Shown piece after piece: positions 61,918 through 64,000 of a stretch of DNA of 64,000 nt. The stretch spans positions 94,924,001 through 94,988,000 of the forward strand of contig NW_024704742.1 in the NCBI RefSeq assembly GCF_018977255.1, written 5' to 3'. Both the position numbers and the translations under genes were made by a program. The stretch is from Callorhinchus milii (lineage: Eukaryota). The notes under the pieces are model-generated. The model worked only from the letters and a program-made list of their open reading frames with translations, was not told where the DNA came from and did no database searches. Positions within the stretch are counted from its first letter, which is position 1, and each line of letters begins with the position of its first letter.

Positions 61918-62619
61918 AGGTCTATAATCAAAATCTAACATAAGTTAGAGCACCAAGTTAGTAGAGGATGGGAGAAAATTTAAGGTAAATATAAGTGACA
62001 GTTAATGAGTGTTCAATTGCAACTTAATCTGTGGTTTCAGATAACCCAATTAACCACTTTGTTTTTATTTTATGAAATAATCGGAACCTCATGAATTAAA
62101 TTAGTGTATTACTCATTCCCAAACATTGATTTCCTATTAATTTCTTTAACAAACACTTCAATAATATACAACTCTAGTACATGGATTATGTTCAAATATA
62201 TGTTTGCATAACATTAAAAACTGAGCATATTTTTGGTCTTCACAAGTTTATTACTACAATATTATTTTTGTAGGTGTTCACCCACAAAAATACAGTCACT
62301 ATAACGTATAGAAGATTTGTAAAGAGTTTTGATGTGTTCTGGACATTATTGGCACTATATAAAATGCAAGGATTATTATTATTTTTGACACATTTGATCT
62401 TCATGAATGTGTTGCTTTAATATTATTGCTTACAGTAATGAAAGTTGGGTCATATTTGAATAACATGCACATTATTATTTGATGCTCTCTAAAATGTAGT
62501 TAAATTGTGTCAATTTTCCAAGGGTGTCTGCATATTAGAGATTAAAAGATTGCTTGAAACTTAGACTAAAACTTATTCTTTCTCATATCAAATTGTTCTC
62601 TGACAAAGCTAAACTTATT

Positions 62620-62860
62620 TTACACATTTACACTTATATAGCAACTTTCGTGTCAGGAAGATGTCTCAAGGTGCTTGACAGTCCCAGCTTGGCACCCACC
62701 CGAATTAATAGGAAGGATGACAGAAAACATGATCAAAGAGGAAGGTCTTGACATGCACATTGAAAGAGGCGAGGGAAGGGACCTAGTCAGAGGGACTCGG
62801 GTTGGAGTTCCAGAGTGTGGGGGAAGACAAACTGAAAGCCCGACTGCTGTTTTCACTAAC
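62620..62860 (-). mobile_element. L2 LINE 3' end fragment
   Basis: Similar to the 3' end of the 6760-9480 element. Confidence 0.65.
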
Positions 62861-64000
62861 ACAACAAGACCTTCACCTTTTTAAGTCTGCAAACACCCCT
62901 TGGTAACCAACATTGCTTGTCCTATACATTTAGCTTCTATGACTGCAACTAGTACCAGTGAAAGGTATCACACGATAGAGATCTAAAATCTCCAATAGCA
63001 CTATTGCTTTGTCATACTGGTCAATGATTGGATTATCTATGTCCAGAATATAGGAACTGAGACATCGCAACATCGGGTGTAGGGGTATTCCCTTACACTC
63101 TTCAGACATCTTGAGACTGCCGGTAGATCCAATGCAGGGGGATAATAAACTACTTGGTCAATGTCTAAAAACTGATTAGGTGTAACTAAGCATTTGGGGT
63201 CACATCTTCAGCACCTTTTCAACACATAACATACTTCAAGATCTACCATCCAGAGTTCTCTAAATTTCCACTGCAGTAATATTACAAAGATTAAATCACA
63301 TCACTTAACAGTTTCAACCAATTTTCTCGAGCTACAAAAATACCTTATTCTTTAAATTCCTGGAGATTCAAATTCTCTAAAGGTTCATTTGACACTAGCC
63401 AATGCTTAGTTTTGGAATTAAGCCAACACACAGATGGCAGACGGAAAGATCCCTGGTTGTATTCCTAGTCTGTGCTGAGTTACTAGACTTTTGTCAAGCT
63501 GGTGGTAGCAAGTGCATTGATACAATGGGTGGGGTGGGGAGAGGGTTCTCATCCCTGATTGCCTACCAGTGACTCCTATGGGAAAGTGTATTTGAATGGA
63601 TATCAGGCTAAGATAGGATCATGTTTGACAGTGATGTTCAGTACTATTTATATATTCTATCGGGATTCACACAATATCTCTTGAAATCCCATGTACAGTA
63701 CTTTTCACTAGAAGTCAGTACCTCTATGAGAGAAAACTGGAGGGAAGAAATGAATATTTGGCATATTAAGGATTACTTTTGGAATGTTTGTGCAGTTTGT
63801 GGGGCCTCATAATAGAAAAGATATTTGAGACAAGGAAAGGGTACAGTGTAGGTTCACAGGGACACTTCCAGAGAACACAGAGTGACACAGAGAACATAGA
63901 GTGTTTATCGTAATGAAAAAGGCTTGAAAAACTGGGCTGTTTCATCCTAAACAGATCTAATAGACAAGTTCAAAATTCTGAAAGCATTTTTGGAGGATCA

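Noticed and set aside
57952..64000. Expected signal-peptide / N-terminal Cys-cluster exon
   Set aside because: No CPxxCxC-type exon found; probably beyond the window end.

Overview
Eukaryotic, repeat-rich vertebrate DNA. The repeat families suggest a cartilaginous fish, possibly a chimaera (inference). The whole window lies inside one minus-strand gene, a TrkB/NTRK2-type neurotrophin receptor tyrosine kinase. Eleven GT-AG exons (57951 down to 4586, 1355 nt, about 451 codons) splice into one open frame: LRRs, C-terminal Cys cluster, Ig-C1, ligand-binding Ig-C2, stalk, transmembrane helix/KFG and the Shc-binding NPQY juxtamembrane exon. The signal-peptide and kinase exons were not found and presumably lie outside the window. 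Introns carry L2 and CR1 LINE fragments, a young tRNA-Ala-headed SINE, older Deu-type and LF-SINE-like SINEs, foldback elements and a minisatellite. Best leads: (1) the 29.4-kb post-TM intron has no intact T1 exon that I could find by eye, but holds a candidate terminal exon (tail GRQRHIVEC*) with its own poly(A) signal plus other candidate truncating exons; (2) a near-identical inverted SINE pair brackets the 30-nt stalk micro-exon; (3) the divergent ectodomain raises an orthologue-versus-extra-paralogue question; (4) a mutated Penelope-type hammerhead ribozyme. Comparisons with mammalian or chicken Trks and repeat family names are from memory, not database searches.
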